From: Octopus bimaculoides
Lineage: Eukaryota
Reading direction: 5' to 3'
DNA length: 47,513 bases
Assembly: GCF_001194135.2 (NCBI RefSeq)
Contig: NC_068996.1
Location: 6,480,106-6,527,618 of the forward strand
Positions 11,016 through 23,466 of this stretch are shown here, piece after piece (position 1 is the first letter of the stretch; each line of letters starts with the position of its first letter). Made by a program: the position numbers and the translations under genes. Below the pieces are notes generated by a model, which was given only the letters and a program-made list of their open reading frames with translations, did not search any database and had not been told where the DNA came from.

Positions 11016-12550
11016 ATTTTTGTTATTATTTCTTGTAATGTAACATGCTTACAAATATTTTTATGTACATACACACACACACATATATAAACACACTAGT
11101 AATGCATAAATCCTGTTATTCAGTACCTTATTAATACAGCTTTGATTACACTAATTGGTGGTAGGCACCTTGGGTAAGTATCTTCTAATATAGCCTTGGA
11201 ACAACCCAAACTTTTGCGAGTGAAACCTAAATGGCAATTTATGTGAAAACTCACTGTGTAGACTACCTATGCTTCAAGAATTAGAGTCAGGATTGCCTGT
11301 TTTAACACCACTATTGTCCCCAGAGTACCTTTAGCAGAGACCACTCCACTACAAGCATTTGAACCATAACTTCATATCTTCAAATATCAGCCCTAACTGC
11401 CATGACTTTTGTGCTATGATTTCTTCTTCCTTCTCTGTCATCACCACCACTAATGTCATAGACCATGCAAAGATCATTGCAATACTATTTGTTCTCTAAG
11501 CCATAAAAATAAACATATTCCCTCAAAATCAATTCAATAATATACCAGTAATCCACAAGAGTGAATTTAATAAACTATATACCTCCATTCCTTTCAGGCA
11601 GCCTTATATACCTTATAAGTTAAGTATTATTTATCTTGTGTTTTATTGTTCTTTGTAAAACATTTTACCAACATGGTCATGCATGCATCTACAAACTATC
11701 TATAAGCTGTTGATTATCCTCTTGGTCAACTTTGATCAAGCAAACCAACAGAAACCAAGGAAAAAAAAAGGTCAAAAGCGTTAATTCAAAAGGTTTCTAT
11801 GTAACAAAAGTTAGACAAAAAAGACACAGTAACTGAAACAGAAACAGTACAAGTGTTGGTATTCCCTGGTATGTAGAGGTGTAAGTATGTGTGCATACAC
11901 ATACTTACACATTAATAAGTTACACAAACATATATTAAAAACAATATAACAACAATAGATCACCAAAGAATAACATCAATAAACAATAGAAGTGATAAGT
12001 GCACCAAAAGTGCAGATAAGAAAACAAACAGATAACAGTGGTGGTGGTGGTGGTGGTGGTAGCAAAGATAGTTTAATAGAGGTAGTAGTCTTGGCAGGCA
12101 ATTGCAGTGATAGTGGAGCATTCTCATGCAGCAATAGAAGTGATGATAGTCGTGAAGAAAACAAAATTCATAAAGATCATATTTGCAGCATTGGTGGTGA
12201 TGGCTGTATCAGAAGCAACAGTAACAGAAGAAGTGGCTGTGGTGAAAGTGGTGATTCCCATGGAAGAAAGAACAAAAACAACAAAAGCTTGTTTGTTGGT
12301 TGATGTAAAATTATATATTTAGACAAAAAAGAATTTGATTGTAAACTACAATAACAAAAAAAAAATGTTGCTTTAATATATATTGAATAAAACAGTTTCA
12401 ATATCTTCTTCAGTCAAGGTGGAGAATCAAATAAAGAGGGGTTTTTATTGTTAAATGTTTTAATTTTTAGATATTGTGATTATATTTTAAATTTTTTGTA
12501 TTTGGTTTACAATATTCTTAATGTGAATTATGTGTTGAAAGATTTTGTTG

Positions 12551-12713
12551 CACCTTGGGAGGGTTATTATGCCAATAATAATAAACACATGCACTGGTTC
12601 TATTTCATTGATTATTTAATTGGTTAAATAGTTAACCAATTGACAAATAAATGATAAAGAAATGAAATAGAAACAGCGCTTGTCTATTATTGGCATAATA
12701 ATGCACTTAAGGT
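12551..12713. mobile_element. Palindromic (fold-back) miniature element, probable MITE
   Basis: Nested inverted matches: AATTGGTTAA/TTAACCAATT (12618-12641, 4-nt loop), TTCTATTTCATT/AATGAAATAGAA, TTATTATGCCAATAAT/ATTATTGGCATAATAA. A partial arm recurs near 16955-16990. Confidence 0.65.
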
Positions 12714-13024
12714 ACAATACAATTTAAATTTTATAAATTTTTAAAACCTTGTGTGCATTTTATTTTGTGATAAGTTCAGTTTCCATTAGAAAAGTGATCT
12801 ATAAATCACTTAAAGATGCTCAGAGATTGGATTAATCGAAATGCAGTGTTTAGAAAAGAAAAGGAAATGAAAGCAAAGAATAAAAGAATGAAGTTAACAT
12901 GGGGAAAAAATTTAAGCTAATTCTTTAAAAATAAAATTGTGTAACACTAAGAGCTTACAGTGGATTTAATTTTTTTTACTTAATTCATCATATCACAGCA
13001 ATCATTATATCAGCCTTATTACTA

Positions 13025-13253
13025 TTAACCTTTTAGCATTCAGAATTCTTTGTCAAATGTAATGCTTATTGGTTAACATTGTTTTGAATTAATCACACAT
13101 TCTCATGTAGCTTCAAGATTTCAATGGTGTGTTTGTATATTTGTAGATTGACATTTTAGGGTAGGTGTGAGAGATTGGATATGATCAGTTTTAGCATAAA
13201 GCAAATAGTATATTTAGGCTGGATATAAGCCAGATTAAATGCTAAAGGATTAA
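13025..13253 (+). mobile_element. piggyBac-like MITE (about 225 bp)
   Basis: TTAA-CC(C/T)TTTAGCATT...AATGCTAAAGG(G/A)-TTAA termini. Other copies at 13595, 18996, 20906, 31508, 42195. Confidence 0.75.
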
Positions 13254-13594
13254 GGTGGTGAATGAGCTGACAGAATCTTCAGACAAAATGCTTAGCAGCA
13301 TTTCTTCTAACTTTTTATGTCTGGAGTTCTAATTCTGCTGAAATTAACTTTGGGGTCATCCTTTTGGAGTCAATAAAATAAAATACTAGTCAAATAGTCA
13401 ACTAGTGTGCTCACTTCAAATTATTCCAAAATTAGAAATAATCATTATTATTAATATTATTAGGAAAGAAGAAGAGTTGGGGATGAGATGTCCTTTTACA
13501 TTCTGTGTTCAATTCTTACTTGGCTGGGCATCAAGTCATATTTTATACCTCTTGGAATTTATGAAATAAGCACCAGTCAAATATTAAGACCAAT

Positions 13595-13825
13595 TTAACC
13601 CTTTAGCATTCAAACCAACCATATCCAGCCTAAATATTCTACCTGGTTTTTATGCTCAAACCAACCTGATCTGGCCTCTCACACTCACACCTACCCTAAA
13701 ATGTCATTCTATAAATAAACAATCACATCATCACAATCTCAAATTATGAGATAATGCATGAACACTTCAAAACAAGATGAATAAATAAGCATTACATTTG
13801 ATAGAGTAATCTGAACACTGTGAAG
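13595..13825 (-). mobile_element. piggyBac-like MITE, opposite orientation, one end decayed
   Basis: TTAACCCTTTAGCATTCAAACC...CTGGCCTCTCACACTCACACCTACCCTAAAATGTC...GAGTAATCTGAA. Confidence 0.75.
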
Positions 13826-14332
13826 GGCAGTCAAGTGCACCACATTCCTACAATTTGTAATCTTGTGCATAACTTGGAAACCTATTTCTCTTTTCAAGAT
13901 ATAGAAGGTGACGGAATAGCATAAACTGTTCCTTAAAGGAAAGTTCAGGGTTATATAAAGATTGCCTTTCATCCATTTAGAGTCAATAAAATATGTCTGA
14001 TGGTGTGGGGTTAAGTGTTCACTTTGAAATTATGTCGTTCCAGGTTCAATATCACTTAAAGACATAGCTGGTCCCAGCCCAATGAGTGAAAACAATAAGG
14101 GAATAAAAGAATAAGTATGATGAAACTGCTACCACCAGTCTGGTTAGAAAAAACAGCTAAATCTCCCTCAAATGATACCCTATTGTCTTCAATATGGGAA
14201 ATACACATTCCAACACAGGATGGTGAGTACTGGAATAATTTTGATCACAGGTCTGCTCAATAAGAGATAACTCAGGGCTAATCTTTATTTTATATTACCA
14301 TTATTATTATTATTATTATTTAAATTATTAAG

Positions 14333-14548
14333 AGACCAAGCTGGCAGAATTGTTAGTATGCCAGGCAAAATGCTTAGCAGGATTTCATTTAGCTTTACAT
14401 TCTGAGTTCAAATTTCACCGAGGTCAACCTTACTTTTCATCCGTTTCGGGATCAATAAAATAAGTATCAGTTGAGCACTGGGGTCAATATAATTGACTTG
14501 TCCTCTCCCATAAAATTTCTGGCTTTGTGCCAAAATTTGACATTATCA
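14333..14548 (+). mobile_element. tRNA-SINE type B ((ATT)n-flanked)
   Basis: GCTGGCAGAATTGTTAG...GAGTTCAAAT...TTTCATCCGTTTCGGGATCAATAAAATAAGTA...; preceded by (ATT)n. The central motif resembles the Meta/Sauria-type SINE domain (from memory, unverified). Confidence 0.75.
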
Positions 14549-15310
14549 TCATTGTTGCTTATTGATTTATTGCATTTGGTTGTTCCGATGACTTTTAGCA
14601 CCAGATTGAATAAATGTATGATAAAAAGCTTTCAGCTATGACCATTACATCCATTTTTTTTTTTCCTTATCCAAGACTACAATTCTCAAATGTCTTTTAT
14701 TTTCAGGTGTTAAATGTTACCTAAGAGAGAGTTTTGGCTACTATTTCTTTGCAAATCAAGTAACCATGTGGATGCTCCCCCAACACCTGTTGGTTCATAT
14801 GTGGGTTAGATGAATAGCATAATACCTTGAGAATTTTCCATGTTTACTTTCGGTAGTTAGCTCTACTGGAATTAGTTCAATTGTAACCTTCTTTTACTGC
14901 TGACATTTTCTCATTTTGGAAAAATACACCTTACAACATACATACTTCTACCTTGTTTCTCTGGTGTAGCTGTGTGGTAAGAAGTTTGCTTCCCAACTAC
15001 ATGGTTCAGTGTCTTCTACTGTAGCCTCAGGCTGACAAAAGCCTTAAGTGGATTGGGTACATGGAAAGTGTAAGAAGTTAGTATAGCATTATCATCATCT
15101 AACATCTGTTTTCATGCTGGCATGGGCTGGACAGTTTGACCAGAACTGATAAGGCAGGGACCGCACCAGGGTCCATTGTCTGTTTTGGATGTCCTTCCTA
15201 ATGCCAACCACTCCATAGAGTGTTCTGGGTGCTTTCAATGTAGCACCAACACAAATATATAAGCATTGAATGAGATTATATATATATATATGTGTATATA
15301 TATATATATA

Positions 15311-15600
15311 TCATCATCATCATCATCATCGTTTAACGTCCGCTTTCCATGCTAGCATGGGTTGGACGATTTGACTGAGGACTGGTGCAACCGGATGGCT
15401 ACACCAGGCTCCAATCTAATTTGGCAGAGTTTCTACAGCTGGATGCCCTTCCTAACGCCAACCACTCAGAGAGTGTAGTGGGTGCTTTTACGTGTCACCC
15501 GCACAAAAACGGCCACGCTCGAAATGGTGTCTTTTATGTGCCACCCGCATAAGAGCCAGTCCAGGGGCACTGGCAACGATCTCGCTCGAAAACCCTACAA
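15311..15600 (-). mobile_element. Young RTE 3'-tail copy
   Basis: (ATC)n-GTTTAACGTCCGCTTTCC...; near-identical to 47206-47513 and to the reverse complement of 1-243. Confidence 0.85.
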
Positions 15601-15896
15601 GGCCAGTGTCAATGAATGTCTGTGTGAATTTGTTATGTGTTTGTTTGCCACCACTGCTTAACAACCAGTGTTGGTGTGTTTATGTCCCTAAAATTTATTG
15701 GATCAGCAAAAGAGACTGATACAATAAACACCAGGCTTAAAGAGAGAATAAGTACTGGGGTTGATATGTCTGACCAAGTATTCTTCAAGGAGGTGGTGCC
15801 CTAGCAAAGCCATAGTCTAATGACTGAAACAAGTAAGATAAACGATGATAGTAAAAGTCACATTTGCAAACAAAAAGCACACAACTGTCAGTAGAA

Positions 15897-16048
15897 TCAT
15901 CATCATCATTTAACGTCCACTTTCCATGCTAGCATGGGTTGGACGATTTGACTGAGGACTGGCAAACCAGATGGCTACACCAGGCTCCAATCTGATCTGG
16001 CAGAGTTTCTACAGCTGGATGCCCTTCCTAACGTCAACCACTCCGTGC
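15897..16048 (-). mobile_element. Short RTE 3'-tail copy
   Basis: ATCATCATCATCATTTAACGTCCACTTTCCATGCTAGCATGGG... Confidence 0.8.
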
Positions 16049-16049
16049 C

Positions 16050-16353
16050 ACCGGTATTCGACTCACTATTGTAAGGTTGTGAGTTCAATTCCCAGTGACA
16101 TGTTGTGTTCTTGAGCAAGACACTTTATTTCACGTTGCTCCAGTCCATTCCGCTGACAAAAATGAGTAGTACCTGTATTTCAAAGGACCAGCCTTGTTAC
16201 ACACTGTATTGCGCTGAATCTCCCTGTGAACTATGTTAAGGGTACGCATGTCTGTTGGTTGCTCAGCCACTTGTATGTTGATTTTAAGGGCAAGCTGTTC
16301 TGTTGATCAGATCAACTAGAACCCTTCATTGTCGTAACCAATGGAGTGCCAGT
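16050..16353 (+). mobile_element. tRNA-SINE type C variant (same core as 33482-33812, different tail)
   Basis: Core GTTGTGTTCTTGAGCAAGACACTTTATTTCACGTTGCTCCAGT is shared with 21575-21899 and 33482-33812; the downstream sequence is unrelated. Confidence 0.7.
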
Positions 16354-18056
16354 AAAAATCTTCAGGCAACACTTACCAATGCTTTCTTTCTTTTCTTCTT
16401 TTTTTTTACAAAGAAGGTAGGGTGTAATTTAATAGAAATTTGGCTGCTATTTCCAGTAGACTGAATGACCATGAACAGGTTCCCTACTGATTCCAACACC
16501 TCTGGTGTTTAAAATATAGTCTTACTAGGAAGGGTGGAGAGGAAATAAATATTTATACATGAATGTGCTACCATTTACCATATTTCTTCAAACTGGCTGC
16601 ACCTATGACTGCTTTCTGAGTACAGATTACTTCTATATTAGTAACATTAAATTTATATTACATTCTATGAAAACTATGCTTTTCTCCTTAGGCACAGGTA
16701 TGGCCATGTGGTTAAGATGTAATATATCCTTTTGGTTTTTTTGCTGATTTTTTTTTTTTATTAATGGAAAGCTTGGCTCAGTTATTTGATCATGCAATTT
16801 AATATTTTTGTGAAATTAATTCTTAATTTCTTGAAATTATCTTCTCTTCTTGACAATCTCTAACAACTAGTTTTTGTTTGTTTCTTTCTCAAATTGAGAG
16901 GCTAAATTTCAATTGGGAAAATTCGGTTGATTTTTTTTTTTTAGTTTTCTTTTTGTGTTGGGAGGGTCATTATGCCAGTAATAATGAACACACACACACA
17001 CAAGTTCAATATCACTTCTTTATTGTTAATCAAGCAGTTAAATATCTCCAAACAACTAATTAGTCTCTCATTTGTTTAATGTGTTTGATAAACAAACAAT
17101 TGTTTAACAAAGTCCCTCCGTTGTTATTCGTGATCCCATCATTGACATGACCTCTCTCTCTTCAAAGTCTGCCTTCAGTCTGTCTGAGAATTAGTCTTTT
17201 ATGTGAGTATATTAGATGTGTAATGGCTTAAAAGAGAAAGGAAGGGTGAGAGTAAGCAAAGAATATATGTGTGTGCTTGTGCACATGCATGTGTGAGTGT
17301 GGCTGTGTGAGTACACTCATATGCATGCTTGGTTGTGAGTGTGTGTGTGCAGGTTTGGCCTTTTTGTTCAAGGTCAATTTGATCTTAGATCTACAAGGAT
17401 TTGCTTGTTATTCTGTAAAGATTTATGGTTGTTGTTTTTGTTTTCACAAAGATCAATTCAGTTCACCAACCCTTAAACATATTTATCTAAATCCACATCA
17501 TTGGGGCCCCTAGCTGATTATGTGTGTAATGGTTTTTGGAAATACTAGAAGCATCACTCCAAGTCCGAGCAGTTGTACTACTATCACCACCACCACCACT
17601 ACTGATGATGATGGTGGTGATGATGATGATGAGTGATTTCTACCATAGGCACAAGGCTAGAGATTCAGAGAGAGAGGTTTAGTTGATTAAATTCATCGCT
17701 GTACACTACTGGTACAGTTTATTGATCTGAGAAGGATCAAGAATAAAGCTGGTTTTGGCAGGATGATCTGGGGTTGAAAATTTGGGACTGGAGGCTTGTT
17801 GATTAAATTGACCTCATTACTTGACTGTTATTTTATTTTACTGACCCCGAAAGAATGAAAGACAAAATTGATATCAATGAGATTTGAACTAAGAACATAA
17901 GAACTCAGAAATTAGTGGAATGGCAAAATTCTAAGAATAAATGCTGCATTTTTTTCAAATGCTCTCACAAGTTTGCCATTCCACTAATTTCTTTTATTAG
18001 TAGAGAGGGCGTCCAAATTATTTACAATGAAGATATTATTGTTAACGCTATTGTAG

Positions 18057-18091
<35 letters not shown>

Positions 18092-18995
18092 TTTACAACT
18101 TGTGGTACTGGTAATGCTGATGGCTACACGAGTGTCTACTCTGCCACAATTCAGTAACTAAAATATTTGATTTTGCTATTGTATCAACAGCATTAACAGA
18201 ATAATGGTGATTTCTTTTAACAACAATAATTATACTAATGATTGTTGTTACTATTATTATAATTATTTCATTAATATAAACAATAAAACACCATTTTGAA
18301 TCCTTATCATAATTAGTGTCACATGCAACGATTTTCTCTGTGTACAATAGGGAATATCCGAGCAATGTTTACCAAACGAAATGAGTAGAAAACACACACT
18401 TAAATACACAATATAATATATATTAGTTACAAGATATTAAATACAACTAAGCAGAGAACAGATAAAAAAAAATGTACACTAAGTAAAACATTAAGAATAA
18501 ATAAAGAAGCCAGACAAGAATGAATTTGAAAAAATGAATACAGAAGCAGTAAAATAAACAGTTTTTTTCTACAAACTATCTTGAGTGTCTTTGTGGTAAG
18601 GTCACCATATTATCCACAAAATAAATAGATCATTGGTTCAAAGCATGTTATAGTTATGGTGTGGTAAGACCCCAAATCTACTATTTTAATTTTAAAGTTG
18701 AGTATTTGGTACTTAATGTTATTTTGCTAAATTCTTCATTATTTTCATAATTAATTGTTAACAAAAGCAGTGTATATTAACACAGATATAGTAATAAAAG
18801 ATCTAAAGCGTTTTTTTTTTTTTTTTGTTTTTTTTTAGTAATTTTATTGCTTGAACTATTATGAACTTCACAGCTGATATTTTATGTCAAAAATTGTCCC
18901 AAACAATGAAAACAAAAGAGATATAGTTGGTTTATAAAATCCTTCAAAATTCTCAACTTATCTTCAAAATTAATTAAAATAAATATGCACTGTAT

Positions 18996-19217
18996 TTAAC
19001 CCTTTAGCATTTAAACCAGCTATATTCGGCTCAAATATTCTACCAGTTAAAATGTTCAAAGTGGCCAGATCTGGCCTCACACTTACCCTACAATGTCAGC
19101 CTAAAAATAAGCAATTAAATGAACATCCCAAAGCTATGACATAATGTATGATTAATTGAACAATGTGAATGAATAAGCATTACATCTGACAGAGTAATCT
19201 GAATGGTAAACGGTTAA
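18996..19217 (-). mobile_element. piggyBac-like MITE
   Basis: TTAACCCTTTAGCATT ... AATGGTAAACGGTTAA with TTAA at both ends. Confidence 0.8.
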
Positions 19218-19364
19218 AGATGTCAACACAAAAGGATTCAAAATAGAAGAGATGGACTCCACCAATCTGACTCAAAGGAAAGATTAAAAATCAACAATGT
19301 TGCTACAAAGACTTTGATGGCTCTGAGACCCATTATTATCAATGTATTATGAGCCAGTGATTTT

Positions 19365-20535
19365 CAACTGGCAGAATCACCAGAACATCAGAAAAATGCC
19401 ATATGGTATTTCTTCTAGCTCTACACATTCTAAGGTCAAATTCTTCCAAAATCAACTTTCATCTCCTCAGGGTCAATAAAATAAAGTACCAGTCAAATAC
19501 TAGGGTTCACAGTTGACTAATTCCTTCTCCTAAGATTTCAGATCATGTGCCTACTCTAGAAACAATTATTATTATTACAAAGGTAGTTAACAGGCAGAAT
19601 CATTACTGAACCAGACAAATTGCTTAGTGGTATTTCTGGCTTTACACCATGAGTCCAAGTGCTGTTGAGCTCAATTTTACCTTTCATCTTTTTGAGGGTC
19701 AACAGAATAAGTACCAGTCAAGCACCAGTATAAGTTGATCATATATAATGAACTTACTCTTTCTCCTAAAAATTTGCTGGCCTTATACAAAAATTTGAAA
19801 TCATCATCATCATTATTATTATTATTATTAAGGTGGCGAGCTGGGGGAATCATTAGCACGCAGGGCAAAATGCTTAGCAGTATTTCATCTGCCGCTACAT
19901 TCTGAGTTTAAATTCTGCCAAGGTCAACTTTCGGGGTCGATTAAATAAGTACTAGTTATACACTGCGCTTGATGTAATCGACTTAATCCTTTTGTCTGTC
20001 CTTATGGCGAAAATTTGAAATCATTATTATTATTATTATTATTACTATTATTAAGGTGGTGAACAGGCATAATTGTTAGCAAGCCATGCAAAATATTTAG
20101 TGACATTTTTTTCTGGCATTATGTTTTGAGTTCAAATTCTACTGATGTTGACTTTACCTTTCATTCTTTCGGGGGTTGATAACTTAAGTACTAGGATCAA
20201 TGTAATCCACCAGCCCCAACTCCCAAAATTTCAGGCCTTGTACCGATAGTGGAAAGGAGTATTATTATGATCATCATCATTATTGTTGTTAGTGCCGGTA
20301 AATAGGTAGAATTCTTAACATGCCAGACAAAATGCTGAGTGGCATTTCTTCCAGCTTTCCATTCTAAGTTCAAATGCCACCGAGGGTGACTTTGCCTTTT
20401 ATCCTTTCAGGGTTGATAAAATAAATACCAGTTGAGCACTGAGGGTGATGCAATTGACTTGCACCCTCTCCATAAGTGTACTGGCCTTATGCCAAAATTC
20501 AAAACCATTATTATTATTATTATTAGTATCATTAT
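19365..20535 (+). mobile_element. Head-to-tail array of five type B SINEs separated by (ATT)n
   Basis: Units start near 19365, 19580, 19830, 20053 and 20295. Each has the GGCAGAAT...GAGTTCAAAT...CTTTCATC core and ends in (ATT)n/(ATC)n. Confidence 0.8.
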
Positions 20536-20905
20536 TATCATACAAGGTTTTATCATTACGCTTCCTAGTTTGTTTGCTCTTTTCTAATGCTGTGCCACTA
20601 CTAAATACATTTGTCATATGTTATGTTACTTTCGTCTGCAACAGCTTGATTCTGCTTGTTTACAAAACCACCGTGTTGATTTCTTAAATGTGCCAAAAAG
20701 ACATCTCTTTCAGATAATATAGCTTGTCAGCTGCTACTGATTTACATTTAATTTATATAAGCATAATATAGTGTTTTTAGATTTTCTTCAAACAGGTCAT
20801 TTATTTGGCATTATCTTCAGCAGGGTTGCAAGATTTATCTAAAGATTATATACTATTTTTCAGGATCAGATTTAATTTCTTTTGTAATTTAGGCTAGTTG
20901 CCACC

Positions 20906-21121
20906 TTAAACCCTTTAGCATTCACATTATTCAGTCAAATGCTATGCTTATTTATTCACATTGATTTGAATTAATCATGCAATATCTCATAGCTTTGAGA
21001 TTTTGTCATGTGTTTGTTTATTTTTAAATGATATTGTAGAGTTGGTGTGAGAGTCTGGATCTGATCATTTTGAACATAAACAGGTAGAATATTAGGGCCA
21101 GATATATGGCTGGTTTAAATA
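20906..21121 (+). mobile_element. piggyBac-like MITE
   Basis: TTAAACCCTTTAGCATTCAC...GGCTGGTTTAAAT; same internal sequence as 13025-13253. Confidence 0.75.
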
Positions 21122-21574
21122 TGAATTTTAAGAGAAAAGAATTCCTATTGAATATCGTCATGTTAAATTTCCAACCAAGTAATATATTTTACTAATTTAC
21201 AATTAAATTTTTCATTTAGTGCTACTTTCCATGAATTGATTTGGCAACCACAATCTTTAGCTGTTAGTGTGTTCCCCAATGCATGTTCCAAGAAAAAATT
21301 CTGGTGTTCCATAGGGTAAGGTATCTTAAGGAGATGCAATAAAAACTTATTTTATAATTTTATTTTTTTAAAAATGGTGTGTACCATTTTCAAAATAAGT
21401 TGTTGCTTTTTTTTTTTTTTATATAAGAATGAATTTTAACTTTTATTTCATTTAACTTCTTTTATTGCAATTACATGCAACTATTGCCCATAAATTATAG
21501 ATATGGGTTCCATGATTTTTGGAAAGTTGTATAGTGAGTTCCAGGACAAAATGAGTTTAGGAATCAACAACCTA

Positions 21575-21899
21575 ATGGATAACTGCATAATTACTCCATG
21601 TCAGGCTCACATTCATGAGTTTGATTCCTGGACCAGACTGTGTATTGTGTTCTTGAGCAAGACACTTTATTTCACATTGCTCCAGTTCACTCAGTTTTAG
21701 AAATTAAATGTAATGTCACAGGTGCCAAGCTGTATTGGTCCCTTTGCCTTTCCCTTGGATAACACTGGTGGCATGGAGAGGGGAGGCCGGTATGCATGGG
21801 CGACTGCTGGTCTTCCACAAACAACCTTGCCCAGACTTGTACCTTGGAAGGGAACTTTCTATGTGCAATGCCATGGTCAGTCATGACCGAAGGGAGTCT
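21575..21899 (+). mobile_element. tRNA-SINE type C (head decayed)
   Basis: Body and tail (...GTCATGACCGAAGGGAGTCT) match the reverse complement of 33482-33812. Confidence 0.8.
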
Positions 21900-22369
21900 T
21901 TACACTTTACCTTAAGTTTATGCTAGAATCAGGTTGGTTCAGTACTGTGTACCACATCCAGGAATAAAACAGCTGATTATGACTAGAAAATAATCTAATT
22001 GTAACATAGATCTAAATATACAAAACAAAAAAAAAAAAACCTTTTTCTTTAAAAATAAAATTAATAGAAAAAAATTTATAAATGTTAGTATCTTTAGTGT
22101 TATGGAAGTATTTGTTGCAGTCTCTCAAAGAGTATTTTATTTTGATATCATAATATTTTATATAAACTTTTTGAGAGAATGTGAAATAGTCCTTTTTTGG
22201 AGCAGAATATCTTGAACACATACATAGAGCTATAAATAATAACAAGTAAATACTGGGTTGGAAAATCTTTTTGAATTAAAGATTGTCTTTGATGTTTTCT
22301 ATCTAAAAGAATTTTTCAACCTAATATTAAAGAAGACCCATCTACCATAGCAGAATTGATACCGATGCT

Positions 22370-22640
22370 AGTGCCACATAAAAGGCACTGGTGATGGTGC
22401 CACAAAACAGCACTGATGATTGTGTCATGTAAAAAGCATCAGAGCTGGTGCCACATAAAAAGCACCAAGTACACTCTGTAAAGTGGTTGACACTAGGAAG
22501 GGCATCCAGCCCTAGAAACTATGCCAGAGCAGACATTTTGGAGCGTGGTGTGGCCCTGCCTTACCAGCTCCTGTCAAACCATCCAACCCATACTGGCATG
22601 GAAAACAGACGTTAAATGTGACAATGAATGATGATGATTT
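22370..22640 (+). mobile_element. Older RTE 3'-tail copy
   Basis: GTGCCACATAAAA modules, AGGAAGGGCATCCAGC, GCATGGAAAACAGACGTTAAATG and a GAT tail. Confidence 0.75.
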
Positions 22641-23425
22641 ACATGCTGTTATTTATAGCTTTATGTAGTTGCTTCCCAAAAAGTTTGTTTTATATATTGC
22701 TATTTTACAGAAGCAGTGTCCTTCAGTTTTTTAATTTTGTGAGTTCCATGGATCAACTGAGAGAGGGAACAAAAGAGAGAGAAAGAGAGTAAGTGAGTGA
22801 CTGAGTGAGTAAGAGTAAGAACCATATTAAATACACAGAATAAATCAACCTCATAGAATCATGCAGAAAGCCAGTTAAGCAATGACAACCAGATATACCG
22901 ATAAAACTGTGAGTTTACTCCCGTCCCCTCTTCTTTACCCTTTGTCTCTAAGAATCATTAGATATTCTAAGAATGACCATATGCTATGTCTACATGCACA
23001 AACCTGTTCATATACATAACTACTAGTTAAGACACTGAAGTTCTAGCAATTAAAAAAAATTTTTTTGTCTTTTGGTAATGCATAATTTTGTGGAAAATGT
23101 CACTGGTTTTAAGGTTTCTTTTAAAGGACCAATTTTGTTTGAAAGCACCAGTTTATTTGTTTTTTTTAAAAATCTGATGAAACAATATGCACAGTGATTG
23201 TGCATGTGCACCTGTGCAAGTGTATGCATGTGTAACTAGCTTTGGCAGATTCCATCACCAACTTCTGCTTGCAAAGCACTGATCAACACAAAACCACTAG
23301 TCTAAAGTGCTGCACAGTGGAACTGAACTCAAGACCAATCTGGTTGTAGAGTTAACTTTTTAACAACACAGCCAATCCTGCTTTTCATTTGTTTAACTTC
23401 AGGTAAGTTTTGATACAATAAATAA

Positions 23426-23466
<41 letters not shown>

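Noticed and set aside
11992-12322. Gly/Ser/Asn-rich ORFs
   Set aside because: Decayed GGT/AGT/GAT trinucleotide tract, open in several frames, with no splice context.
19365-20535. Dong/R4 as the mobiliser of the ATT-flanked SINE array
   Set aside because: The SINE's sense tail is (ATT)n while the Dong fragment's is (TAA)n, the opposite strand, and the 3' ends share no homology.
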